Shown piece after piece: positions 40,486 through 53,400 of a DNA stretch of 64,000 nt. Made by a program: the position numbers and the translations under genes. The stretch lies in assembly GCA_028534125.1 (NCBI GenBank), contig CM052816.1:57848001-57912000 (forward strand), written 5' to 3'. The stretch comes from Lama glama (Eukaryota). Each line of letters begins with the position of its first letter. Within the stretch, counting starts at the first letter, position 1. The notes under the pieces were generated by a model. It was not told the DNA's origin and did not search any database. It was given only the letters and a program-made list of their open reading frames with translations.

Positions 40486-43400
40486 ATGGAAAAAAAACAA
40501 GGTAGTTGGTAGCCTTTGAGAAGGAAATAAGTATAAGATGGAACAAAGGCTAGATGGTGAGGAGAACTCAGACATGAAATTCAGAGTACTTCTATGGGGA
40601 GAACTGGAAAAAAATGATTTTAATCTTGCAGCTTAAGATGGCAACAAGACTTTATTTAACAGGCAATTACTGAACATTTACTGCATATAGAATACTTTTT
40701 AAGGCTCTTTGCTGATTATCAAGTTTTATTAGACAAGGTTTACTCGAAATGCAGGCAATCTCACAATTTGTTAATATCACACAGATAGGTCACATGTGAC
40801 CACCATAACCTCAGTGACACAGGCTAAGTTCTACCAGTGGGCAAGTCAGGGGTTATTGCTGGCTGGAGGGATCTGAAATGGTACCATGGAGTCTGGACAC
40901 TTAAGATCTGACAGACTTTTAAAAGGAAAGGAATGAATCCCCAGGCAAGACAGGGTCCAGTTTACAGATGAAATACAATTAATACTCGTTAAGCAAAACT
41001 GAATGAGCCAGGAAAGATAATTCCATAAATGTAGGGTTTATGTTAGGGATTAGCAGTATCTGACTGGAATATTAGGTTGGAACCAAATTACATAAGCAGT
41101 CTGGGCTATCTCTGAAATACGTGGCATCAAAAACAGGAATGAATCTTAGGGGGTGGAAAGGCTGGATAATCATTTTATTCCTCTTCTGATTTTGAATCTG
41201 CTAAATAATAGTGGACCTCCTGATGACTGTGAGAGCATATGAGTCACACAGTTTTATGACCTTAATAAAGTTTACTTGGACAGATGTCTCACAGAGTTAT
41301 AAAATAAGTGAATGACGATGTTCACATCTCTACAATTGGGAATTGTAAATCCAAGGAGTCATCAATATAACTTGTAAAACACAGTAGTTATCTATTGTCT
41401 TAAATGAAAAAGAAGCCCGATTCTGTGATTAAAAACCAAGAATATGACTTCAGGTAGATCTATGACATTAATTTCACTAAGGTCAAATATTTTAAATAAT
41501 GATGAGACTAATAAAGTGAAAGCAGGATACTGATTTGAAATTTATTAATGATATTTTCTCTTCTTTGAGGTTTGCTATGAACCGTTTAAATATAGACACT
41601 AGAGCTTGACCCAGGATGATATTCCACAAGACAGAAGGGGAAGAATCTAGAATGTGGAGGCTTTGGTGGAGGAGATAAAAAGTGAACCACAGATGCTAGG
41701 ATATTAATAGTAAATCATGAAGAACAATAGAGAGGAGTGACAATATGAGAGAGGACACATATCCACCTATTATTCTCAGAGAACTGAAAAGATATTAGGG
41801 CTAGAAAATCAGATATCCACTTTGCCTCCTCCTCCTAAGATCCTTCCTTTTCTGACCCACTCCTAACACGGTGAAAAGTGGGTGTCTCTATCAGCTTCCC
41901 CTGAGGATTGCTAGATGTAGAATACACACAACTGCCCTGACTCCTAATCTGGGTGAAGGAATTGAACAGCAACTTCCCATAGCCTGGACTGGAACTGAGT
42001 GAAGTCCCCAAAGTGGCGCCATATGCTTTTTCATGTTTTACGTATCTGCTGCCAACTCAGGTCCTAGCTCTAGGCAAAGAAATGACAAGGAAAATGTTAC
42101 TGAACTACAGGAGAAGCAGCAACATAGGAGCCAGAAATGTATTTTGTGTTACCATTTGGTTCACAAACTTCTCCTCACAGTAGAAAACATGCTGAATTTT
42201 AGGGCAAGGGGGCCCCCAAACCTTCCCAAAGCTCTAGGGAAAGCCATTCAGGGAGCAGTGGGTGCCCCTTTGTACCTATAGAATGCGTTAACATTCCCAG
42301 ACCATTTCCACATGTATGAGCTAAGTGATTCCTACGCAACTTTGTATCTTTATTTTAAAGATGAGGAAACTAACATCAGCGAGATTAAGTGACAAGGATC
42401 AGACTACAAATATCATAAATGTAACTTGCAGTCCAGTTAACCACACCACTTCCCTACACTGATACTCTGTTTCACAATGAAATTTATTTGAAATTGCCTA
42501 CAAATCTGTCCTTACTTGCTCAAACAATGGGTTTGAAGTGAGGATAAAGTGTACGTAGTCAGGATTTTAAATGACATTAATTTGCTTATAGATTTCATTC
42601 AATAAATATGTATTGAGGTTCAATTATGTTCCATGCACCAATACGTGCTAGGAATACAAAGTCAAATAATATATAATCATTATCCTGAAAAAAGTTCACT
42701 TCTATTGGTGGTTTTCCAAAATACATGTCCGAAGTCAAAAATGTTTCTGCAGTCAAAATCCAATTTACTGCTGCCAAAGATGCAGATATCAAAACAAATT
42801 AAAAAGAATCTGTACTAGCTTGCAGTAATAAGATTTCAAGATCTTTAAAAAAAAAAGTGTGCTCAGATACTGCTTTCCAAATAAAAATCCCGGTGAACTA
42901 TGTGAATCACTACAAAGTACTTGGCCAAAAATAGTAATAGAGTCCAAACAATAGTAGAGTCCAAATGATTACTATCTGCAAGGAAAAGTAATACTTAGAA
43001 ATAAAGAGAGAGAGAGAGGAATAAATTACACAGAGGCATTAAAAACTACTTTCACAGTGACTCCAACCTCAACAAACATGGGCACCAAAACTAGCCTCAG
43101 CAGTTTCCCTGCTTGGTTTCAAACCTGTATTCTATCCAGAGTTGAAAGCTCTTTCTATGGTGGGGAAAGATCTCCCTAGAAAAGATCCAAAAGTCAGCTC
43201 CTTAAAATATAATACAATTTTGGAATCATAAGCATGACAAACAATTTATCATAGGACTATATCAGAACTTAACCTTACTCTCAAAATCATTCTTTCTTTC
43301 AATTTTCTAATAGCCCAGAGCCTTACAGACTAGCAAATCAAAATAAATACCAGGCAACTTTAGCCTTTGTCCTGAAAAAGATTTTATTGTTCCCTTCACA

Positions 43401-44499
43401 ATATGAGTGTTCCTGAAAAGGAAGGAAAGTGTTTTGGCACCATTAGGGAAGGTGATATGAACATCTAGCTAGAAATATGAGACTGTACATATGGAAGAAT
43501 GAAACCTATCACCACAATTTCATGATACTTTAAATTTAACCTGCCTGGATGCTTGTGAAACTGACAAATAATGCTTTTATGAGATTGGGTGATGATGGGG
43601 GATAAATGTTCTTTCAGGCTTAGAGGAAGACCCAGAACTTCAAAAGATCTAGGATCAAGACCCTCTGCTGTCACTCACTAGCTGTTTGGGAAAGTTTCTC
43701 CTCCGGCTTACATCCTTCATCTACAAAAGAAGGGCAAAAACAGTATATCCCCTTTCAATTTTGCAGGATCCACTCATCAGGATGACAAACAAAAATGAGT
43801 TGGCAATGTACTTTTGTATAGATACAAGTAATTATTATTATCTGGCCTTTATTTTGATGACCCACAATGTCACTCCAACTGACGGGGGGCCAAATGGACT
43901 TCTGAGAGGTTTGTCCATTCTCATCCTAATCTGATTGAGCATTCCTGAAGGCAGGCAGTGTGAACAGCCACCTGCACTCCCACTTAAGGAAGCACATTAC
44001 TGAATGATGTAACCAGCCAGCCCTGGAGCCAGCAGCTCAGATGTGACGGAGGAGGCAAGGGAAGAAATAAGGAATATACATCTGTTTTTTTGGTGGTTTT
44101 TTTTGTTTTTTTGTAATTCTTTCACTGACTACATTATGTGTATGGTACAGTGCAATTCAAGATCATTATGTACAGGTTTGCTTCGTAAAATGGCCCAAAG
44201 GTGTGAACAAGGACTAAAATCAGCTCTAGAAACTGTGTAACCAAGTATAAGGCTGCATCTTTCAGAAAAAGATGCTTTTTTTCTAATTTATCTGCCTAAA
44301 AGAGTCAGTCTTTTTCTGATTTTCACAAGGATGCCCGAAGCACTCTTTGAGGTCCTGATCACATAACTGAGGCTCAACTATCACTTGAGCCTCTCCACTA
44401 GGGAGAGGGAGAATGGAATATAAACTCAAATAAAGTATCTGGAACATAGTTCTAACAATTAACAAGGTTGTTAAACATAGGAGAAAGGGAAATATTGGA

Positions 44500-46380
44500 A
44501 GTTAAGCAAAGAGGTGGACAGAACTATGGATTTTCCTTCAGATATTAAAACATAGTAAGAAGTCGTAATAATTAAAACAAATATGATGCTAATGGATGAA
44601 AAGGAAGATGAGTGGAACAGCACAGAAAGTTAGAGACAGACTCAAACCCAAACAAGAAATTAGTGTAAGGCAGCATTTCATATCAGTAGGCAAACTATGG
44701 ATTCTTCAATAAATGGCATTAGGATAGCTGGGTAGCCATTTGTTTTAGGCATGTGTGGGGGTATGTGTACATGTGAATCTGTACCTTACATAATTAAACC
44801 AAAATAAACTCCAGATGAATTGTGTATCTGCAGATTAGAAACAACGGCATACATTCACTGATAGAAAATACAGGAAAATTTCTTGGGATAAAGTGTCACT
44901 CTTAGTCTGATGTAAGTCATAAAAGACTGATAAATTCAATTACATAAAAAATTAAAATGACTACATACCAAAAACTACCATAAAACAAAGTAATTTAAAA
45001 AAAAAAAAGAAATGAGAAAAATATTCATCAATTCAAGGCTATTCCCCAAACATTAAAAGAGGTCCTACAAATCAATAAAAAAGACCAACAACTCAGCAGA
45101 AAGACAAGATAAAAGATAAGAAAGTTCACAAAAAAATGACTCTTAGGCATGTAAGAATATGCCAATCTCAACAATAATAATAAAAAAAACTATACTGAGA
45201 AGCCATATCTGTTCAAAAATATTAATTTGTCATTTAAAATCTTCTTAAGAAGAAAACTCCAGCCCTGGATAACTTCACTGGTGAATGATATCAAATGTGA
45301 AAGAAGTAATACAAATCAGATACAAAATTTTAGATAATAAAGGGAGAGAACACATTCCAATACATTTTATGACATCACATAATCCTGATGCCAAAAACCA
45401 TACGAGGATGCTACAAGCAAAGAAATTTAGAGACCAGTATTACTGACAACACAGACAGAAACACCTCTAACAAATATTCATAAATTAAGACTACAACTGG
45501 GCAATACATTCTTAGGAGCTCCTCCCAAGAATGCAAGGATTAACACTTGAAAATGAATCAAAGTAATTCAATATTATAACAGAATGGAGGAAAAATGAAT
45601 GGATAGATAGCTCTGCCCACAGCCTCTATATTTGTAGAAAAAAATACTTAACAAAATTTGGTATCCATTCATGATAAAAACAGCCAGGAAATTGGTAATA
45701 AAAGTGAACTTCCTCAACCTGATAAAAGGGCATCTATGAAAAACCTATAGCTAACCTAATTCCTAGTGTTGAAATATTAAACACTTTCTGCCAAGATTAG
45801 GAACAAAGCAAGGATATCAGCTTCCACTTTATTTAACATTGTACTGGAAGTCCTAGATAGTATATAGTAAGGTAAGAAAAAAATTAAAAGGCCTAAAATT
45901 TGTAAGAAAGACATAAATGTATTTCTATTCACAGGCAACATGATCAGATATGTAGAACACACTAAATCTACAAACAACTACTAGAGTTAATAAGAGACTT
46001 TATCAAGTTCTTGAGATACAGGGTCAAGATACAAAAATCAACTGTATTTCTAGTAGCAAACAACTGGAAAATAAAATTTAGGAAGATAACATCAAAACCC
46101 ATAAAATACTTTGAAATAAGTTTAACAAAAGATTTATAAGGGACCTACAATGACCTAAAAAAGAGACGGGGAAAGAAGGGGACAATGGTGGGGTGGGGGT
46201 AGAGGGAGAAACCATATTCATGGGTTGAAAGACTCAATATTTTATGGTATCATTTAAAGACCCAATTAAGATATCAATTCTTAAATTGATATATAGATTA
46301 AACAAAATCCCAATCAAAATCTCAGCAGGCCTGTTCAGCAGAAACAGATAATCTAATTCTAGTATATGAAAAGGTAAAGT
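44500..46380 (+). mobile_element. Old LINE-1 ORF2 fragments (L1M)
   Basis: Degenerate RT-region motifs: ttcactggtgaa, ccattcatgataaaaac, tttaacattgtactggaagtcctag, atacaaaaatcaactgtatttcta, aatcccaatcaaaatctcagcag. Confidence 0.85.
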
Positions 46381-46578
46381 GAAGACATTACACTCGTTAA
46401 TATATATGCACCCAATATAGGAGCACCTAAGTACATACAAGAATTACTAACAGAGATAAAGGGCGATATTGATGGGAATACAATCATAGTTGGAGATTTT
46501 AACACTGCATTAACATCACTAGACAGATCTTCCAGACAGAAAATAAACAAGGCAACAGAGAAATTAAATACTACAATA
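46381..46578 (+). mobile_element. Young L1, 5'-truncated in ORF2 endonuclease domain, running into gap
   Basis: Open frame EDITLVNIYAPNIGAPKYIQELLTEIKGDIDGNTIIVGDFNTALTSLDRSSRQKINKATEKLNTTI with NIYAP and GDFN motifs. Confidence 0.95.
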
Positions 46579-47078
46579 NNNNNNNNNNNNNNNNNNNNNN
46601 NNNNNNNNNNNNNNNNNNNNNNNNNNNNNNNNNNNNNNNNNNNNNNNNNNNNNNNNNNNNNNNNNNNNNNNNNNNNNNNNNNNNNNNNNNNNNNNNNNNN
46701 NNNNNNNNNNNNNNNNNNNNNNNNNNNNNNNNNNNNNNNNNNNNNNNNNNNNNNNNNNNNNNNNNNNNNNNNNNNNNNNNNNNNNNNNNNNNNNNNNNNN
46801 NNNNNNNNNNNNNNNNNNNNNNNNNNNNNNNNNNNNNNNNNNNNNNNNNNNNNNNNNNNNNNNNNNNNNNNNNNNNNNNNNNNNNNNNNNNNNNNNNNNN
46901 NNNNNNNNNNNNNNNNNNNNNNNNNNNNNNNNNNNNNNNNNNNNNNNNNNNNNNNNNNNNNNNNNNNNNNNNNNNNNNNNNNNNNNNNNNNNNNNNNNNN
47001 NNNNNNNNNNNNNNNNNNNNNNNNNNNNNNNNNNNNNNNNNNNNNNNNNNNNNNNNNNNNNNNNNNNNNNNNNNNNNN
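46579..47078. other. Assembly gap (500 N)
   Basis: Run of 500 N. Confidence 1.
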
Positions 47079-47410
47079 ATTCCGTAGGTTTTCTTCTTGT
47101 TTTATTTCTGGTTTCCTTTGCTGTGTAGAAGCTTGTAAGTTTCATTAGGTCCCATTTATTTATTCTTGCTTTTATCTCTTCTAGGAGAAAATTTTTGAAA
47201 TGTATGTCAGATAATGTTTTGCCTATGTTTTCCTCTAGGAGGTTTATTGTATCTTGTCTTATGTTTAAGTCTTTAATCCATTTTGAGTTGATTTTTGTAT
47301 ATGGTGTAAGGGAGTGTTCTGGCTTCATTGTTTTACATGCTGCTGTCCAGTTTTCCCAACACCATTTGCTGAAGAGACTGTCTTTATTCCATTGTATACT
47401 CTTGCCTCCT
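47079..47410 (-). mobile_element. Young L1 ORF2 C-terminal fragment (5' truncation at 47410)
   Basis: Minus frame [51 protein letters not shown]...INKWDLMKL. Confidence 0.95.
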
Positions 47411-50400
47411 AGAGTAGCTCATTTTTTATAAAGCAGGCTATCTAAATACAAGGTAACTACTTCTGATGCTTAACAACAACTAGCAGTCTGTTTCAACACT
47501 TTGGGGAAAACTACCTGTGCTGGATTCATTACGAGCTCTTAGGCAAGATTTTTATCCTCTGTAGTTCCAATTTCCTATTCTGTAAAAAGGAAAAGTGTGT
47601 ATAAAGTACTTAGGATAATTCTTAGAACATAGTAAGTGTTTGATACTTTATAATTAGTCATACTGTTATTCATTATCATCTTCTCATCATCATTCTCAGT
47701 AATAGTTAAAGATTTTGCACAAACTAATTTGGCAAATAGAAGCTTCCCTTCAGTTTGATTTTTTTTAAACATCTAAATACTCAAAAAAAAAAAGAAACAA
47801 GTGCTTTATTATGTTGTACCCTTTTATAAGTATGCATTCATCCCCTGAAATATGGTTCGTTCAAATATTGCTAATAAATTAGGCTTTCCTAAGGTTGCAT
47901 GGGATTATGGAAAAATCCTAGGAATAATGCTACTGTTACTGTAGCAACAATTCCACCTGTCTTTCTCTCATTTTTTGAGCCTATCTTAACACAGGATTCT
48001 AAAACACAGTCAGTAGTGGTTAGTTGTATCCACAATTTTTTTTCAACATGAGAAAAACTATTGTATTTGTTTTTCATAGATACTCCCATTAATTCAGTGG
48101 CTCTTTACTATCATGTGGCTTCTGTCAGCTGCCATGTTCAGGTTTTTCTGAAAGGGCTGATGGCTCCTCTGGGCTGGGGACAGAAATAGTAGCTTTCAGC
48201 CTTAAGCTTTTTGGGGGTTACAGATGATGGAAAAGTGATACAGAAGAGGGTTCTTGGCTGCTTGAGGGGGGCGGAGGCAAAGATTGCAGGTTGGGCAGTG
48301 GCTTGCTCAGGGGCAGATGCGTTACCTTATTACTCTTTTCCTTACTTCTTAGGCTTAGATGGGTGGCATGTCCTACATAGATACTCCATCCTTCCTGATT
48401 CTGCCCTTCGCACAGATCTGAGCCGTGGGCGTGCTTGGCACTTCTCTTCGAGTGGTTCGGTTTATCTTCAGCAGGTGTCTGTATGCCTTAGTTGTTGGTT
48501 TCAGTCACTGGCTGCCAGGCACTGAACGGACAGAGCACCCAAAGCATAAGCCCTATTGTGCTGTAACCCTGCCTGGCCAAGCTTGTAAAAACCCATCCAA
48601 GGGCCCAAGAGCACTAACTGGTAAATTAACTCCTCTTTAGGTCCTCCCGACTCCTTCTCCCTGCCTGGACCTTTTTCTATAATAAATAAGATCAGAGACC
48701 CTGCTCCCAGTCATTGCACTGACTGGCACACCCTGTGCGGGTTGGCCTTGAACCTTTGGGATTGTGAAAAGCCTCTCTGTTGTCCCCTCTGCTTCGCCTT
48801 CCAGCTCCTCCTTTGAGTCTGTGTCTAGAGAAATGAGGAGTGAGGGGCTCTTCCCTCTCTTACTGAGATCGTCCTTCCTCCTCTGCTCCATCCTGGTTGG
48901 CTAACGGCAGTCGGGTATTTGCTGCAGATGTGTGCCCAGCACTGCGCAAGCCACATCCCATGCAGAGAGTAGTCCTGAGAGCTCCCGTTTAACTTGTGGC
49001 CCTCAGCACATGGCTGCTATTGGCTGCCTTGTGCAGGTCGTCTGAAAGCGCCGTTGCGCTAAGCAGTTTGTATGTTTTATCTCTTCCAGCCTCATTTCAA
49101 TCCAAGATTATACCACATCAAGTAGGTACAACTTTTACTCACATTTTACGAATCAGGGTCCTGAGGTTTTGGAGTCAGTTTCCTGGGGTTATAACATAGG
49201 AATGAGGTCTGCCTGTGGCCAAATCTTATATCTTAACTACTTCTCTGCTAGCAAAGGCAGCTCTGCCACGGACGTTGGCCTTAGGAAGGACACACTGAAG
49301 GCAGGTAGTAAACAGTACCAGACAGAATGCCCTCAAGTGCTGTATCAAGTAGGCAGTGACAATTATATTATTTGTGTGCATATTTCTATTCTACTTGATT
49401 TCAAAAAGGATTAAAAGTCGGCAACATACTTAATCTAATTCTCCTTTGATTTTCATAGTAACCCAGTGATAAAGGCATTATTACCTTTATTTTACCAACA
49501 ACAAAACTGATTCTTAAGTTGATTTAATCAGTAAGTGAGATAGGGCTGGGTTCCAGTCAAACGCAGAGCCTCAGTCTCCTTGTCAGGGATTTTCCTGGTG
49601 GCAGTGCTGACTAGTTTCCACAGTAAAAGTGACATCCGAGCCTCCCTCATGTCTGAGATAGCAGAAACTTTGTTGTTTCTGTCCCTACCCTCTGCCCCTG
49701 GAGACGCCCACATCACTATGGTTTGGCTCAGTTTTCTATCAGACAGGCCCTTGAATACAGAGTTAAAAAACATATGTACCTTAAAGTACTCAACACAGGT
49801 AATAAAAGTATAAAATCATGCATGAGAATAATAGACACCAACTTTCCTCCTCTGGAAAGTAGGGGGAGGAAGGTACAACTTTATATCTACAGCATTTTAT
49901 TTTTTTAAATTTACCCAAAGAATACAAAAAAAGACAGGTTATTTATTGGGAAGAGGAGAGAAAAGTTGAATTCACTTTTCTCTTGAGAGCTGATTTTTAA
50001 AAATTTAGTACGAGGGTGGTATAAAATAATCGATGTTGTGTAAATGAGGAATTGCATTATGCTGCTTGTGAATTACCCTTCTGTTTTAGAAGCTCACAGA
50101 ATACTTGGTTTTTGATCATCCCAATCTAACTCATTGAAGGCAAAAAGTGTGTTTGCTAATCTTTGTCACTTAGTGCCCAGCAGAATACCCCAATTCACAG
50201 TTGGCTGATGAATGATCACATGCAGAAGAGAGCAGCTTTGCCCTCGCCAGATGCTCTATTCTGTTGGAATAAGTGATCCCACATAGGTACAGTAGTGGAA
50301 CTGTTCTCTCTAGTTTAATGTTCAATTTTTCCTTCATGTTATTCTGTTTAATTTTTTTTTCTTTAACTGGCTCCCTTGCTTTTTTGCCTAAAATTAGTGA

Positions 50401-53400
50401 AGGAAAAATTGTACCTGTTCACGGAAGGCTGCATGCCTTGTAGCAGCCATGTACATGGGGATAGCCTGTAGCTACTGCAGGTGAAATTCCACTTAATGTG
50501 CACTCACTCATCAAAGACTGGCTCCCACCCCTTCCAGCTCACTGTAATTGTTCAGCATATAAGCTAATGATGTTTAGGAAGCTAGAGAAGCAAAGGTATC
50601 TTCATAGCTTGTTTTTGTCTCCTCTCCCACAAAGCACAGCCACGATCTGACACATGATCAATGGGCCCAACCCTTTTTAGGATGCAGGAGACGCTTCCCT
50701 GCGTCTGTGGCTCACAATAGCTAACAATAGAGACTTCTGCAATGATATTTTGCCTCCCTGGTGTTCAAACTTCTTCAGTTAAGCCTGTCTGGAGTCCTTT
50801 TAACTATTATCCATCAAAGCTGTTTTTGTTTGTTTGTTTGTTTTTTAATAAAAGGGGAAAGGAGGGTGGAACCAGAGAGCAAAGACTGTATCTTTGCCAA
50901 GATGCTCTCTCTCTCTCCTCTCTTATGACTCATCCTTAGAAAAGCAGAGGGACTTTGGAAATCTGCCTGCAGTCACATTGAAACAGCTCTCCTGGCACTT
51001 TCAGACATTTAAAAAATCTTTCTCAGGCAATAAAAGATGGTTTTCAAATTGTTCATTCCCCCTTTCTGGGCCAGCCTAAGGTTTTGTTTAGCTATAGCAT
51101 TGTAGTTGTATAGAAGGTTTGCCAGGCAAGACAGATGAACTCAGACCTTTGTATTTGGTTTATTACTAAAGAACCAAGTATTCCCTGAAAAATTCATAAT
51201 CATTCTTTCTTAAGATTGTTATCATGTTTAAAGGTATTATCTCTAACCCTTAGCCTTCCTACAGTGTGACGTTTGCATTTGGTCATTCTTAAGAATTTTC
51301 TTAGTATATGATGTTTGAACAATTTCAGATACTCAGTTTCTTAAAAATCTGGTTTTAGTACAGGGATGCTAGCTTGAGCTAAATAGAGTAGCTGCTTATT
51401 AAATGTGGTCATTCTGACTTTTTACCATTTGGCAGCACAAGAAAGAAAAGTCACCTTAATTCTCCTATGTTCATATATAAATAAAGGTGTTTTGGTAATG
51501 GATATATTAAAGCTCCCAGAAAACCAGTTGGACTAACAAATCTAAACCTCAATTTTCAAATTTCTTTCCTTTTTAGCTGCAAATAGTGAATATGTCCTTT
51601 TATGGTTCCAGAAATTGGCAAGTAATTCCTTAATATCCCTGTGACCATTCCCATATCACTCCCTCTTTTTTAAAGGGTTCAACCTCTGAGAATTGCCACT
51701 TAACAGGGGCTTGATATCAAAAATAATTAAGTTATAGTAGTGAACTGTTTGTATGTTTATGACTGCTTTGCAGTAATTTATTTAAGGAGTAAAAGAAAGT
51801 AGCAATGTACAAAACAGTTTGTGTTTTATAGGAAAGTTACTTCGGATGGCTGACTCAGTACAAATTGAATTCAACGAAGCATTTATTTGAGTAGAAAATC
51901 CTTTAATAAATGAGGGATCAATTGCTAAAATGTTTATTTCCTACAAAACTTGATCTCTGATTAAAATCTATTTTTAAGGACCTTGAGTTTAATTTAGTGA
52001 TTGTATCATTTCATCTTGAAATTTTAGATGCCAGTTTGTGAGGTCTGCTATCCCCATAATAATCTATGTAGACTGCCCAAACTGGGTAAAATGATATTTA
52101 ACCAACGTGAGACTGTTGGAATTGAGTGGAATCAGCTGTGGGCTGAATGGTAGCTTTTATCTTTGAGCCTTTGTTCACTTATTTGTATCACTACCATTTT
52201 TTTTCTGGTTTAATAGAGACGTGTAAATGTATGATGTTTTAATGAGTGAATTAGGCTTATTATTCTTTAGAGTCATTAAACATGAGAGCTAGAAGGAATT
52301 TCGGGGGTCTGGTCTTGTCGAGTTCTGGTATATTTTGTTTGGCCCATACAGTATGTTTTCAAAAACAGTATAACTAGGAAGCTACTTTGCTTGATAATAT
52401 AAGTGGCATTGTACCTAGTGTCTTACACAGTTCTTCATGCACTTATATTAACTAGCTCCTGTAGACATTTGAGTTCATGATAGAGATAATCCTGCCTCTT
52501 CGTTTTACAGTTATGGGAACTGAAACCCCAAGGATCAAGTGGCTTTCCAAAGTCAGACAGCTAAGTTCATGGTATTTCACAGTCTAAGTATTTTTCTCTG
52601 GATTCTGCTTCTAAATTTAGAAGAGATGTTAATTTCTTTGTTTCATAGGTCAGAGACCTTTGTCAGACTGCAGAGGTGCTTCTTAAAGATGTCTTACAAA
52701 TAAAAGGATTGAAAGGCATTGGTGAAATAGTAAGAGTAAACAGCCTGCTTTAGGTCCAGTAGTTAACTGTGCTTTTCTTGGGTAAATCATTTCATCTCAT
52801 TGGACACCAAGATTCCTCATCTGTAAAGTAAAGGAATTAGACCTGACAATTTTACATCACCTAGTACAGGGCTTCGTAAATAGTGACTTCTCAATAAATA
52901 GCTCAGTGAATAATGGATATTGAAGGTCCCTACCAGCGTTAAAACAAACTCTCTAATTCTGTATAAACTTTTCTTCTTTCCCCGTCCCCAGTTTATTTGG
53001 CCTAGATGCTTTCAAAGTCTCTTCTAATCTTGAGAGGAGTCTAAGTTTTTGATTTACAACTTGTTAGAGGAGGTCTTTGAACCCATGTACTCTTATCTTC
53101 TGTCCTCCTATTTTTGGTTTCATGCTCCCATCAGCTTGTCTGTTCCCTGAACTTACTGTATTGCAGACTCCGTGTATCTTTTTATGTGTGAAGGGCAGGA
53201 GACAGCAGAGGGAAGAAGTGAGGAGTAGGTGGCTTTCCAGAATGACCACATATGGTTCCACATTCCCCGCCATCTCTGATCACCTCCTGCCTTGCACACA
53301 AAAGGTAGTGTTTCCTTCTGGCTTCATCTGTTAATAGGCAGGATAATACTTCAAAACCAGATGTGGATTATCGTTTCAAATATAAATAATACTCATGAAT

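Noticed and set aside
46564..47328. 254-aa ORF
   Set aside because: L1 ORF2 fragment extended through N; not a host gene
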